Source of the DNA: a virus
Lineage: Duplodnaviria > Caudoviricetes
Direction: 5' to 3' (one strand)
Length of the DNA stretch: 64,000 nt
Virus record (IMG/VR): IMGVR_UViG_3300020037_004820
Each line of letters opens with the position of its first letter. Within the stretch, counting starts at the first letter, position 1. Positions 40,632-49,782 of the stretch are shown here, piece by piece. Below the pieces are notes generated by a model. That model saw only the letters and a list, made by a program, of their open reading frames with translations. It made no database searches and had not been told where the DNA came from. Position numbers and translations under genes: made by a program.

Positions 40632-41116
40632 TGCCAAAATGGGACAGACCAACTTCCGCACCCCCTCCATTATACGTAAACAAACCTGAAAGGGATTTTC
40701 AGAAACAAATTGCGGATGAGATACAGGATTACGTTCTTCCATATGAAGGATTGTATTTTGCAGTTGATGTTGAAAGAACTAAATGGCATCCAATCTATAA
40801 AGAAGCTATAGAAAAATTTTACTATGATCCAGTTTATATAAGATTTTTTGCTGATTATGATGATAAAAATACAACAACAACAAAATATGGAAAAGATAGA
40901 AAATCAGAAGTTGTATTTCATTTTCATAAACGACGTATAAATGAAGATTTAAATCTTGTTGTAACAGAAGGTGATTTAATCTATTATAATGAGGAATATC
41001 ATGAGATAAAAAAACTTGCAGAACCGGAAGGTTTATGGGATCAAGTTCAATTTAAAAATGGTGTTACAGCTTATTGTGAAAAGAGTAGAAATGTTCCCTT
41101 GTTTGAAACTAAATAA
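40631..41116 (+). CDS. Neck/head-closure protein (T4 gp14-like)
   Basis: HPIYKEAIEK.Y..PV, EGDLIYYN..YHEI; between adaptor and sheath genes. Confidence 0.7.
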   Translation: MPKWDRPTSAPPPLYVNKPERDFQKQIADEIQDYVLPYEGLYFAVDVERTKWHPIYKEAIEKFYYDPVYIRFFADYDDKNTTTTKYGKDRKSEVVFHFHKRRINEDLNLVVTEGDLIYYNEEYHEIKKLAEPEGLWDQVQFKNGVTAYCEKSRNVPLFETK

Positions 41117-41136
41117 GAGCTTTGAGGAAAAAATTC

Positions 41137-41144
41137 CTAATTAT
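41137..41144 (+). promoter_or_regulatory. Putative late-promoter motif CTAATTAT
   Basis: Intergenic CTAWTTA before the sheath RBS GGAG. Confidence 0.6.
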
Positions 41145-41170
41145 AGATGTATAAATTGGAGATAACTTAG

Positions 41171-44116
41171 ATGTCAGAAAAACAATATAAAGCAGTTAGC
41201 CCGGGAGTAGAGATTAGAGAAATTGATCAGTCTCAACTTCCTGCCGTTTTTGATGAGCAAGGTCCAGTTGTAATTGGACGTGCGGAACGTGGACCGGCAA
41301 TGGTTCCCGTTAAAGTCAATTCTTATTCAGAATTTGTTGAATTTTTCGGCAATCCTAATGGAAATCTTGCTCTAACGGACGTATGGAGAGAGAAAGTAAC
41401 TATTGGTCCTTCTTATGGAGCTTTAGCTGCGCAAGCATCTTTAGCAAATAAAAGCGCTTTAACTTTCGTTCGTTTGTTAGGAACACAAAATGATGAAGCA
41501 ACTTCTGCGGGTAGAGCAGGATGGGGAGTTGGTGGAGATGGAGATGCAGAAAACCTTTCTTATAACGTAAGAGAAGGTGGAGCATATGGTCTATATCTGA
41601 TTCCTTCTGTTACATTGCCTGCAACAGTTGCAACAGGGACACTTGCAGCAGTATTTTACCTAAATACTGGTTCTATAATGCTTAAAGGACAATTATATGG
41701 AGCATCTGGCGCATATAGTTCAATTTCTGGGTCTGCTGTATTAATTGAATCCGATACCAATAAACAATTCAGAGCCTTGATAAAGAATGCTTCTGGTGTA
41801 ACCGTTGAAGACGTTACATTTGGTATGGATAAATCTGGCGATAAATTCATCCGTAAAGTATTCAATACGAATCCTACAAAAATTAACTCTGCTTTGTATA
41901 CTTCCCCTAAGACATACTTTTTAGGAGAAACCTTCGAAGACTTTATTTATAATGCTGATGAAATGTCAGGTATGCGTGATTCTACAAGATGGGTAGGTGT
42001 TATCTTAGGATTGAAGAACAATTCTACAGGAGATACTCTGTCTAGCAGAAGAATTCCTTCTCAACACGGTAGAACAGGATGGTTCTTCTCTCAACACTTA
42101 GGAAATAACGCAAACTTTGAAATCGATAACGTTCAAAAATTATTCAAAATACACTCTCGTGATTCTGGAGAATGGAATCAAGCTCATATCAAAATTTCTA
42201 TAAGAAATGTAGAAGCAAGTACAAATGTCTACAATCCTTACGGAACCTTTGACGTTGTTATAAGAAAAATTGACGACTCTGATCAAAACATTGTAATCAT
42301 TGAACAATTCAATGGATGCGATTTGAATCCTCAATCTGAAAATTATCTAGCAAAGAAAATTGGTGACAAATATATTGTATACAGCACTTCTGATCGTAGA
42401 AATATAGAATATGGAGATTATGATAATCAATCAAGATATATCAGAGTTGAAATAAATGAAGATGTAGCAGTTGGAGCAACTGTTCCTGAATTGCTTCCAT
42501 TCGGTGTATATGGACCTGTGAAATTTAGAGATTTCTCTTTCTCATCGGGATCTATTGGAAACGATTTGGGTATGTCTGGTTCTATGTTTGGAGAATATGA
42601 AAGAGCTGCAACTGGTGCAACTTATCCGAACTATGCTGCGGCATTCGTTATAGGTGGAACTTCTATTGCAGATTCTGCTGTAAATGCATTATCTGGAACT
42701 GGTCCTGTAGTATTCGGTGCTGGACCATCTGGTGCTGTTTCAACAACAATCAAGACTGCTGCTATTCTAATGCCTTTCCCAAGACTTAGAGTTTCAACAC
42801 TTACAGGTGCATTAGGTAATCCTAAGAATGCATACTTCGGAGTATTCACAGATAATACATCTGATACTTTCCAAAAATCTGTAAGAGATTTAACAAATGT
42901 TATGCCAAGAGGTGTAGATTCTTTTGCACCTGATTCTGCGGAAGGAACAGCTTATTCATGGAAGTTCACTTTAGATGATTTGAAGTATGTATCTGGTGGA
43001 GAAACTGATGTTCAATGGTCATCTGGTTCTAGATTAGCTGGAACATCAATAACATCTATCGGTTCAAATGGATGGAACTCTGTACTGACAGGTGGTTGGG
43101 ATTCTTTCACAACATTATTAGCAGGTGGATTTGACGGATGGGATATTACTGAAATCGAACCATTGAGAAATGATGCGATGGCAGGAGCAACCGAAAAGAC
43201 AAATTATGCATATAATACAATAAACAGAGCTATAGAGCTTCTACAATATCCTGAGTTAGTAGAATTCAACGTTGCTGCAATCCCTGGTGTAAATAAAGCA
43301 GGGTTGACAAGAAGACTGATTGAAGTCTGCTCACAAAGAGGAGACGCCTTAGCGGTTATAGATTTGGAAAATGATTATAAGCCACGTTCAGAAAATTCTC
43401 TTCCAGAATCGTCTAGAAGACCTATTGTGTCAACTGCAATTAGTGCATTGAAAGATAGAGCATTCAATACGAACTATGGTTGTGCATATTTCCCATGGGT
43501 ACAAGGTATTGATCCAAACTCTAACATTCTTACATATCTTCCTCCTTCGGTTATTGCATTAGGAGCATTTGCTTATACAGATAGAGTAGCTGGTTCACAC
43601 CATGCTCCTGCTGGATTTAGTAGAGGTTCGTTGTCCCAAGGACACGGTGGAATACCTGTAAAAGATGTAACATTGAAATTATTGCAAAAAGATCGTGATG
43701 ATCTATATAAAGCAAATATCAATCCCATCTCTTTCCTTGAAAGAGAAGTGGTTATCATGGGACAAAAAACTCTACAAGTTATTCCATCTGCATTGGATCG
43801 TATAAGTGTAAGAAGAGGTCTATTAGATCTTAGAAAGAAATTCTCTAAGATTGCGTCTAGACTTATCTTTGAACCTAACGTCCAAGATACTTGGAACAGA
43901 TTCAAAAATCAAGCAGAACCTGTATTGAGAGATATGGTTACTAAATTAGGATTAGATGACTGGAGACTTATATTGGATAGTAGAACAACTACTCCTGATT
44001 TGATAGATAGAAATATCATCTATGCAAAAGTTTACTTAAAACCAACTCGCGCAGCAGAATTCTTCTATCTTGACTTTAATATAAGTAATTCAGGTGCCGC
44101 TTTTGCGGAAGTGTAA
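41171..44116 (+). CDS. Contractile tail sheath protein
   Basis: SPGVEIREIDQS, GRAERGP, YFPWV, LPPS, APAGFSRG, LYKANINPI, RISVRR, FEPN, KPTRAAEF. Confidence 0.96.
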   Translation: MSEKQYKAVSPGVEIREIDQSQLPAVFDEQGPVVIGRAERGPAMVPVKVNSYSEFVEFFGNPNGNLALTDVWREKVTIGPSYGALAAQASLANKSALTFVRLLGTQNDEATSAGRAGWGVGGDGDAENLSYNVREGGAYGLYLIPSVTLPATVATGTLAAVFYLNTGSIMLKGQLYGASGAYSSISGSAVLIESDTNKQFRALIKNASGVTVEDVTFGMDKSGDKFIRKVFNTNPTKINSALYTSPKTYFLGETFEDFIYNADEMSGMRDSTRWVGVILGLKNNSTGDTLSSRRIPSQHGRTGWFFSQHLGNNANFEIDNVQKLFKIHSRDSGEWNQAHIKISIRNVEASTNVYNPYGTFDVVIRKIDDSDQNIVIIEQFNGCDLNPQSENYLAKKIGDKYIVYSTSDRRNIEYGDYDNQSRYIRVEINEDVAVGATVPELLPFGVYGPVKFRDFSFSSGSIGNDLGMSGSMFGEYERAATGATYPNYAAAFVIGGTSIADSAVNALSGTGPVVFGAGPSGAVSTTIKTAAILMPFPRLRVSTLTGALGNPKNAYFGVFTDNTSDTFQKSVRDLTNVMPRGVDSFAPDSAEGTAYSWKFTLDDLKYVSGGETDVQWSSGSRLAGTSITSIGSNGWNSVLTGGWDSFTTLLAGGFDGWDITEIEPLRNDAMAGATEKTNYAYNTINRAIELLQYPELVEFNVAAIPGVNKAGLTRRLIEVCSQRGDALAVIDLENDYKPRSENSLPESSRRPIVSTAISALKDRAFNTNYGCAYFPWVQGIDPNSNILTYLPPSVIALGAFAYTDRVAGSHHAPAGFSRGSLSQGHGGIPVKDVTLKLLQKDRDDLYKANINPISFLEREVVIMGQKTLQVIPSALDRISVRRGLLDLRKKFSKIASRLIFEPNVQDTWNRFKNQAEPVLRDMVTKLGLDDWRLILDSRTTTPDLIDRNIIYAKVYLKPTRAAEFFYLDFNISNSGAAFAEV

Positions 44117-44142
44117 TAGTTATGACAGGAGAAATATAAAAC

Positions 44143-44730
44143 ATGGCAGCACCTAATGTATTCTGGGCAAGTCCAGTAAATGAACCAAAAAGATCGTACA
44201 AATATCTTGTACAATGGGGTAACGGAGATATTCCTTGGTATCTCGTATCGTCTATTGATCTTCCAAAATTAGAAGTTGGGGAAGCGCAAACTCATGCTCT
44301 TAATCATACCTTCAAATGGACCGGAAGACCTACTTGGCAAGATGTTACCATGGAAGTAACAGATTCTGAGTCTCTAAATGCTATGAAAGTTGTTATGAAT
44401 AAGTTCAAACAAGCTGGGTATGTTTATCCTGATAGACCTACTCAATATAGAACTATCTCTAAACAAGGATTTATAAATGCATTTGGACAATTGGTTATTC
44501 AAGAAATAAGTTGGGATGAAAAGATCATAGGAGAATGGAAATTTCTCAATGCTTGGATTAAGAGTATTGATCCAGGTAAGAAAGCTTATGAATCTGATGA
44601 TCCTCAAAAAATATCAATTGGTGTTACGTTCGATTGGGCGGAATACGATACAGAAAATGCAGGAACCTTTATAGGGGAAAATCCATTGCAAGGAGATGTT
44701 CCTGGTGGCGGAAATCCTAACGCAGCTTAA
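44143..44730 (+). CDS. Tail tube protein (gp19-like)
   Basis: EPKRSYKY, GRPTWQDVT, EWKFLNAWIKSI, VTFDWA; follows the sheath gene. Confidence 0.9.
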   Translation: MAAPNVFWASPVNEPKRSYKYLVQWGNGDIPWYLVSSIDLPKLEVGEAQTHALNHTFKWTGRPTWQDVTMEVTDSESLNAMKVVMNKFKQAGYVYPDRPTQYRTISKQGFINAFGQLVIQEISWDEKIIGEWKFLNAWIKSIDPGKKAYESDDPQKISIGVTFDWAEYDTENAGTFIGENPLQGDVPGGGNPNAA

Positions 44731-44744
44731 TAATTGAGGTATAA

Positions 44745-45569
44745 ATGAGTTCAAATAATAAATTTCCAGAATTGGTATTTCCATCATATACAGATATGGT
44801 GGATTTACCCTCTGGAGGAAAATTTTATCCTAAAGATCATCCTCTTTACGGTCAAACTTGTGTTGAAATAAAACAAATTAGAGGGCCAGAAGAAGATATT
44901 TTAACAAATAAGGATTATCTTAGACGAGATATAGCAGTTGATAAACTACTATTATCTCTTATTAAAAATGATAATCTTAAACAAGATTATGCATATAATA
45001 ATTTGCTTATTGCGGACCAACTAATGTTGGTCAATCAAGCAAGAATGACAGCATATACATATGATTATTCATGTTCTATTCGTTGTCCAGCATGCAAAGT
45101 GGTATCTAATTTCAAATTTGATCTTAGAAAGCATAAGATTATTTTACCAGATTTATCAAATGATAAAGATGTAAAGTATGACGAAGACACTAACCAATTT
45201 GTGGTTACTATTCCTGATACTAAAATTGTGTTACGATTATTGCCATATACTGTGGGTACACAACGAAAGATAAAGAATAAGCTCTTAGCGAAAAAAGATA
45301 AAAGTCTTTCCAAAAAAGAGCGCTATGAAGATGTCATATATTCTATAAACGATGAAACGGATAGAAAATACATTTCAGAATTTTTCAACGTGGTGCCTGC
45401 TTTCTATCTAAAGTGGTTAGAAGCTGTAATAGAGGATATCAATATTACTGTTTCTTTTGAACAACAATTCGTATGTAGTTCTTGTCAATATGATGAAGAT
45501 CTGGAGCCGCCGTTTACAGTTGATTTTTTATATACACCGAAGATCCAAAGGAAGAAGCTACAAGAGTAA
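44745..45569 (+). CDS. Tail assembly chaperone / gp26-like baseplate assembly protein (G form)
   Basis: VDLPSGGKFYP, EEDILTN, two CxxC pairs; between tube and tape measure genes. Confidence 0.8.
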   Translation: MSSNNKFPELVFPSYTDMVDLPSGGKFYPKDHPLYGQTCVEIKQIRGPEEDILTNKDYLRRDIAVDKLLLSLIKNDNLKQDYAYNNLLIADQLMLVNQARMTAYTYDYSCSIRCPACKVVSNFKFDLRKHKIILPDLSNDKDVKYDEDTNQFVVTIPDTKIVLRLLPYTVGTQRKIKNKLLAKKDKSLSKKERYEDVIYSINDETDRKYISEFFNVVPAFYLKWLEAVIEDINITVSFEQQFVCSSCQYDEDLEPPFTVDFLYTPKIQRKKLQE

Positions 45570-45805
45570 ATAATAATGTCTATTTAGGTGTTAATAATTT
45601 ATTCTTTTCTTTACATGATGCTGATGAGAAAAAGTTGGCATTACATACAGAAATAGCAAATATGCAAGCGCATAATTGGGATATAATGTATGCGTATTCT
45701 CTCCCTGTTGGTCTTAGAATATTCTATATAAAACAAATAGTAGAGCGATTAAATGCGGAACATGAAGCAAGAAATCAATCTGCAAGAGAAAGTGCTAAAG
45801 TCTAA
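45524..45805 (+). CDS. -1 frameshift extension of the tail chaperone (GT form, about 353 aa in total)
   Basis: Slippery T-TTT-TTA at 45524-45530; the -1 frame opens exactly there (TGA at 45521) and runs to TAA 45805, encoding ..WDIMYAYSLPVGLRIFYIKQI.. Confidence 0.8.
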   Translation, partial: FFIYTEDPKEEATRVNNNVYLGVNNLFFSLHDADEKKLALHTEIANMQAHNWDIMYAYSLPVGLRIFYIKQIVERLNAEHEARNQSARESAKV

Positions 45806-45833
45806 ACTGTGATATAAACTATCACAGTTTTTT
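45804..45833 (+). terminator. Rho-independent terminator after the GT extension
   Basis: AAACTGTGATA-TAAAC-TATCACAGTTT plus TTT. Confidence 0.85.
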
Positions 45834-45868
45834 CATTTAAGCATAATTAAAGCCAGGAATACTAATAA

Positions 45869-48457
45869 ATGGCAGATAATATATCAGTAGATATTGATCG
45901 TTTAGTTGATGAGCTTACTAAAAGAAGTTCTCTATCGCGTGTGCTTAATGAAGAACAAGCAGACGTCAGCAAGTATTTAACTGAATTTATTGAGGCTATA
46001 AAAGCTGCGAGCAAAGAACTAAAGACAGCTTCTGATAAATTTGATTCTGCGGGTAAAGCAGTTTCTGATCGTCAAAAAGAAGACGAAAAGATTTATGCTG
46101 AATTCAAAGAGAAATTTGAAGAGGCAATGAAGCTTGATAAAGTAGAAGAAGTTCAATCTGCTTTTGATAAATTAGTTGAATCTATTGAAGAAGCTGTTAA
46201 AGCAAAACGTTTAGAAGCAGATAATGGTGAGCTATTAAAAAATGCATTAAATGCAAAAAAAGAATTTATAGAAGCTGCGTCTAATCTACAAAAAGCTAAA
46301 ATAGAAGAAGAAAAGCATAAAAATATGCTTGAACGTATAAAATCTTCTAGTCAATCAAATGTGAGTTCTTTATTCGGAGCATTAGGCTTATCTTATGAGG
46401 GTGATCCTAAAAATGCTAACGCTTTGTTTATGGGTCTATCTCTTATAAGAGATGGTAAAACTCAACAAGGTATGTCATTATTAGCTGCATACGCAGATAT
46501 GGCACAAAAAGCATATTCTAATATGATCGATCCGTTAAACGTATTTGTCAATATTCTTGGTCTGTTGAAATCTAAAACTATAGAAGTCTTCACCATGGCG
46601 GATCAAGTAACAGCTAATTTTCTACGAGCAACAGGTGCTACAACTGCGTATAGAGATGTTGTAATGGAAGCATGGGATGGAACTAGAGGAGTAGGTGTTT
46701 CTTTAGAAGAAATGTCTGATATAGTTCAAGGGTTGATTAATGATTTTAGAGGTTTCTCTAGAGAAACCGAAGATTCTAAAATTCAAACTGCTGAATATGT
46801 TTCACTTGTATCTAGATTAGGAGTTGGATCGTCTAGCGCAATCAAATTACTCACTTATTTTACAGATTCTTTAAAACAAAGTGTTACACAAGCAAAAGGG
46901 AATTATTCCCAATTATTAGGATTAGTGAAAACAACTGGTGAAACTCTTAAGAAAGTAACAGATGATTTTATTCAATCTATTCCAGTTGTATCTAGATATG
47001 GTTCACAAGCATCGTCTGTGTTTAGACAGATGTTTGCAACAGCAAAAGCATTGCGCATTGAAACTTCTCAGCTATTAGAAGTTTCAAGTCATTTTGATAC
47101 TTTTGAAGATGCTGCAACTTCTGTTGGTAAATTAAATGCAATTATGGGAGGACCTTATCTAAATGCCATTCAGCTAATGAATCAAAACGAAGCAGAACGT
47201 ATTACAACTCTTAACAGAGCATTTAAAGCAACTGGAAAAACATGGGAATCTCTAAGCAAATATAGCAGACTTGCTTTCGCCGCTGCTGCGAATATTACAG
47301 ATATGGATGTGGCTCAAAAAGTATTTAATGGATCTACACAAGATGCTGCGCGTTATATGCGTCAAGCATCTTTGGAACAAGAAGAATTAGCGGAAAAGAA
47401 TCAACGTGCAACTAGTATTGCAGATAAATGGAAAAATGTTCTTATGCAAATTGGAGCTGTTTTAACTCCTATTATTGATCTTGTACATGGTGTTGTTGAT
47501 GTATTTTTAGATTTCTCAGATACATTAGGTAAAATTTGGGGACCATTGCGTGTATTGGCTGTTCCTTTATTGTTCATGATGATATCTGGTTTTAAAGGTC
47601 TATTTTCTATGATGTTAAGTTTTGGACCAAAAGCCATAACAAAGATAAGTTCTCTATTATCTAAATTTAGTGGAATAGCTTCTACTGTAGCGCCTGCTAC
47701 AGAAGCTGCTGCTGCTGGAATAGGTGCAGCGGGAAGTGCATCGGCTGCTGCTGCTCCTTCTGTTGGAGGATTAGGAAAAGTATTGTCAGGAATTGCACAA
47801 GAAGCGCCTGCTATAGCAAAAGCTATATTATATATAGGTGGAGCAATTGCAATTGTTGTTGCGTCATTCATGGCTTTAAAACAAATAGCTTCTGGTATTG
47901 GTTCTTTGTTTGAAGGAGTTGGTAAAGGAGTTGGAAAATTTGTTGAAGGAATAGGTCAAGGATTTTACGATTGGGTAACAGAATCTCCTCTTGAAGAGTT
48001 AGAGGATTTGATCGATACATTAGCAGATGCTGGTCCAGATATTGGAACTAAAATGATGGGAATTGGTAATGGATTGAAACAAATGGTCGAAAGTTTTAAT
48101 TCAAGTATATCACAATCTACGCTAGAAAGTTTTACAGATTTAATAGAAATTTTAGCAGATAACTCAAGTAAATTCTCTAATACAGTTGGTTTAGGAATTT
48201 TAGATTCCTATGCTAGATTAATGGAAGCATCTAGTGATTTAGCAATTACTCCTACAAAAATACAAGATATGAAACAGTTTACAGAAAACCTAGTTACCAT
48301 AAGTAAAACTAATGGAGATGGTGGATTGTCTAAAATTGCATCTTCTAATCAAAATGTGGAAGTTAAAGTATATATTGACGGAACAGAGCTAACCTCCAAA
48401 ATTGTAAAAGTTGTAAAAAGTGATTTAAATAATTCATTACAACCAAGAACAGGATAA
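45869..48457 (+). CDS. Tail tape measure protein
   Basis: 862 aa, A/S/G-rich helical; FDTFEDAA..VGKLNAIMGG; hydrophobic stretch; ends EVKVYIDG. Confidence 0.85.
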   Translation: MADNISVDIDRLVDELTKRSSLSRVLNEEQADVSKYLTEFIEAIKAASKELKTASDKFDSAGKAVSDRQKEDEKIYAEFKEKFEEAMKLDKVEEVQSAFDKLVESIEEAVKAKRLEADNGELLKNALNAKKEFIEAASNLQKAKIEEEKHKNMLERIKSSSQSNVSSLFGALGLSYEGDPKNANALFMGLSLIRDGKTQQGMSLLAAYADMAQKAYSNMIDPLNVFVNILGLLKSKTIEVFTMADQVTANFLRATGATTAYRDVVMEAWDGTRGVGVSLEEMSDIVQGLINDFRGFSRETEDSKIQTAEYVSLVSRLGVGSSSAIKLLTYFTDSLKQSVTQAKGNYSQLLGLVKTTGETLKKVTDDFIQSIPVVSRYGSQASSVFRQMFATAKALRIETSQLLEVSSHFDTFEDAATSVGKLNAIMGGPYLNAIQLMNQNEAERITTLNRAFKATGKTWESLSKYSRLAFAAAANITDMDVAQKVFNGSTQDAARYMRQASLEQEELAEKNQRATSIADKWKNVLMQIGAVLTPIIDLVHGVVDVFLDFSDTLGKIWGPLRVLAVPLLFMMISGFKGLFSMMLSFGPKAITKISSLLSKFSGIASTVAPATEAAAAGIGAAGSASAAAAPSVGGLGKVLSGIAQEAPAIAKAILYIGGAIAIVVASFMALKQIASGIGSLFEGVGKGVGKFVEGIGQGFYDWVTESPLEELEDLIDTLADAGPDIGTKMMGIGNGLKQMVESFNSSISQSTLESFTDLIEILADNSSKFSNTVGLGILDSYARLMEASSDLAITPTKIQDMKQFTENLVTISKTNGDGGLSKIASSNQNVEVKVYIDGTELTSKIVKVVKSDLNNSLQPRTG

Positions 48458-48463
48458 TATAAT

Positions 48464-49444
48464 ATGCCATTAATGAATTATGAAAAACAAATGAAAAATG
48501 CGGGACATATGTTTCGCATTGAAGCTATGCATATCAAAGATATAAATGGTAAACCTGATTATGTTGAATTTTTTCCTTATATTGAAGGATATACTGAGAA
48601 TTATGATTCTTCATGGAATGAAGAAGATGTATTTGCTAGAATGGATGGAATAGCGAATTTTGTTTCTGTTAAAAGAAGTTTTACTCTTTCTCTAAGAGTT
48701 GCGGCAGGATCAGAAGAACAAGCTCGTGAAAATCAATTTAGAATTTCAAAAATGATTAGATTTCTTTATCCAGCTATTACTCCGGGTCCAGGCGATGGTT
48801 CTTTTTATTTCAGAGGCGCACCTATTTTACGTCTAAAATTAGGAAACGTTATATCAGACACTGCAACAAATGGAGGACTTTTTGGATACGTTCAAGGAGG
48901 ATTTAGTATAACTCCTTCTCATAAAGATGGTTGGTTTGCTCCTCAAAAAGAAATAATTATACGAAATAATTCTAACATTTTTGCATCCCCTTTAAATGAA
49001 CAACGACAAGATTCTCCAGATAAAGGACAATCTGAAAAAGCTGTTACATTATTTTTTAAATATTTCGATATAAATTTTACCTTCAAAGTTTTACATAATC
49101 ATCCATTAGGTACTAATGCTGAATCGAATAATCAGGGATCATTTACATATTTTCCTTATGGTGTAAACAATCAAGATTTTTCAAATGGATCAGAATTAAA
49201 TCCGGCAGATTTAACAACAAGACATGAATGGGATGATTCAAGTATGTCAGCCGATGATAGACATCAAAGATTTTTGGATAATGATTCTAGAACACCAATT
49301 GAAGATGAAATTGGAGATGATGGTTATACAGAATATGGCAGACAAATAAAGGCTCAAAATGAAAGATATATACAGCAATATGAAGAGAATCAACGTATAA
49401 TAAATCAAAAGAAATTAGACCAACTCTTTGGAAGAAGTAAATAA
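48464..49444 (+). CDS. Baseplate tube-initiator protein (gp48/gp54-like)
   Basis: YDSSWNEEDVFARMD..F..VKRSFTL, LYP, APILRLKLGN. Confidence 0.7.
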   Translation: MPLMNYEKQMKNAGHMFRIEAMHIKDINGKPDYVEFFPYIEGYTENYDSSWNEEDVFARMDGIANFVSVKRSFTLSLRVAAGSEEQARENQFRISKMIRFLYPAITPGPGDGSFYFRGAPILRLKLGNVISDTATNGGLFGYVQGGFSITPSHKDGWFAPQKEIIIRNNSNIFASPLNEQRQDSPDKGQSEKAVTLFFKYFDINFTFKVLHNHPLGTNAESNNQGSFTYFPYGVNNQDFSNGSELNPADLTTRHEWDDSSMSADDRHQRFLDNDSRTPIEDEIGDDGYTEYGRQIKAQNERYIQQYEENQRIINQKKLDQLFGRSK

Positions 49445-49782
49445 TGACTATAAGATACTCTAAAAATAAAATATTCACTAATGATTATATAGAATACAAA
49501 CCTTTGTTTGAAGCTAGAGGGCTAAAGTATATAAGACAATATGCTACAAATACACTGTTGACTCCTACGGCCGAAGATATAAGTGAGATGAGAATAGATA
49601 AGTTCTCATGGAAGCTTGGGGATGCAATGTGGAGATATGCTGCGCAACATTACGGCAGAGCTAATTTATGGTGGGTTATCGCGCATTTTAATCAAAAACC
49701 GACTGACCACCATTTTCAATACGGCGATATAGTATATATACCCTCTCCTTTAGATAGAGTGTTCAGGAGTTATGGCTTATGA
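49444..49782 (+). CDS. LysM-like baseplate protein (gp53/tail X-like)
   Basis: WKLGDAMWRYAAQHYG..LWWVIAHFN......GDIVYIP. Confidence 0.8.
   Translation: MTIRYSKNKIFTNDYIEYKPLFEARGLKYIRQYATNTLLTPTAEDISEMRIDKFSWKLGDAMWRYAAQHYGRANLWWVIAHFNQKPTDHHFQYGDIVYIPSPLDRVFRSYGL

Noticed and set aside
45580-45587. CTATTTAG late-promoter-like match
   Set aside because: It lies inside the frameshift extension with no good downstream RBS or start before the terminator
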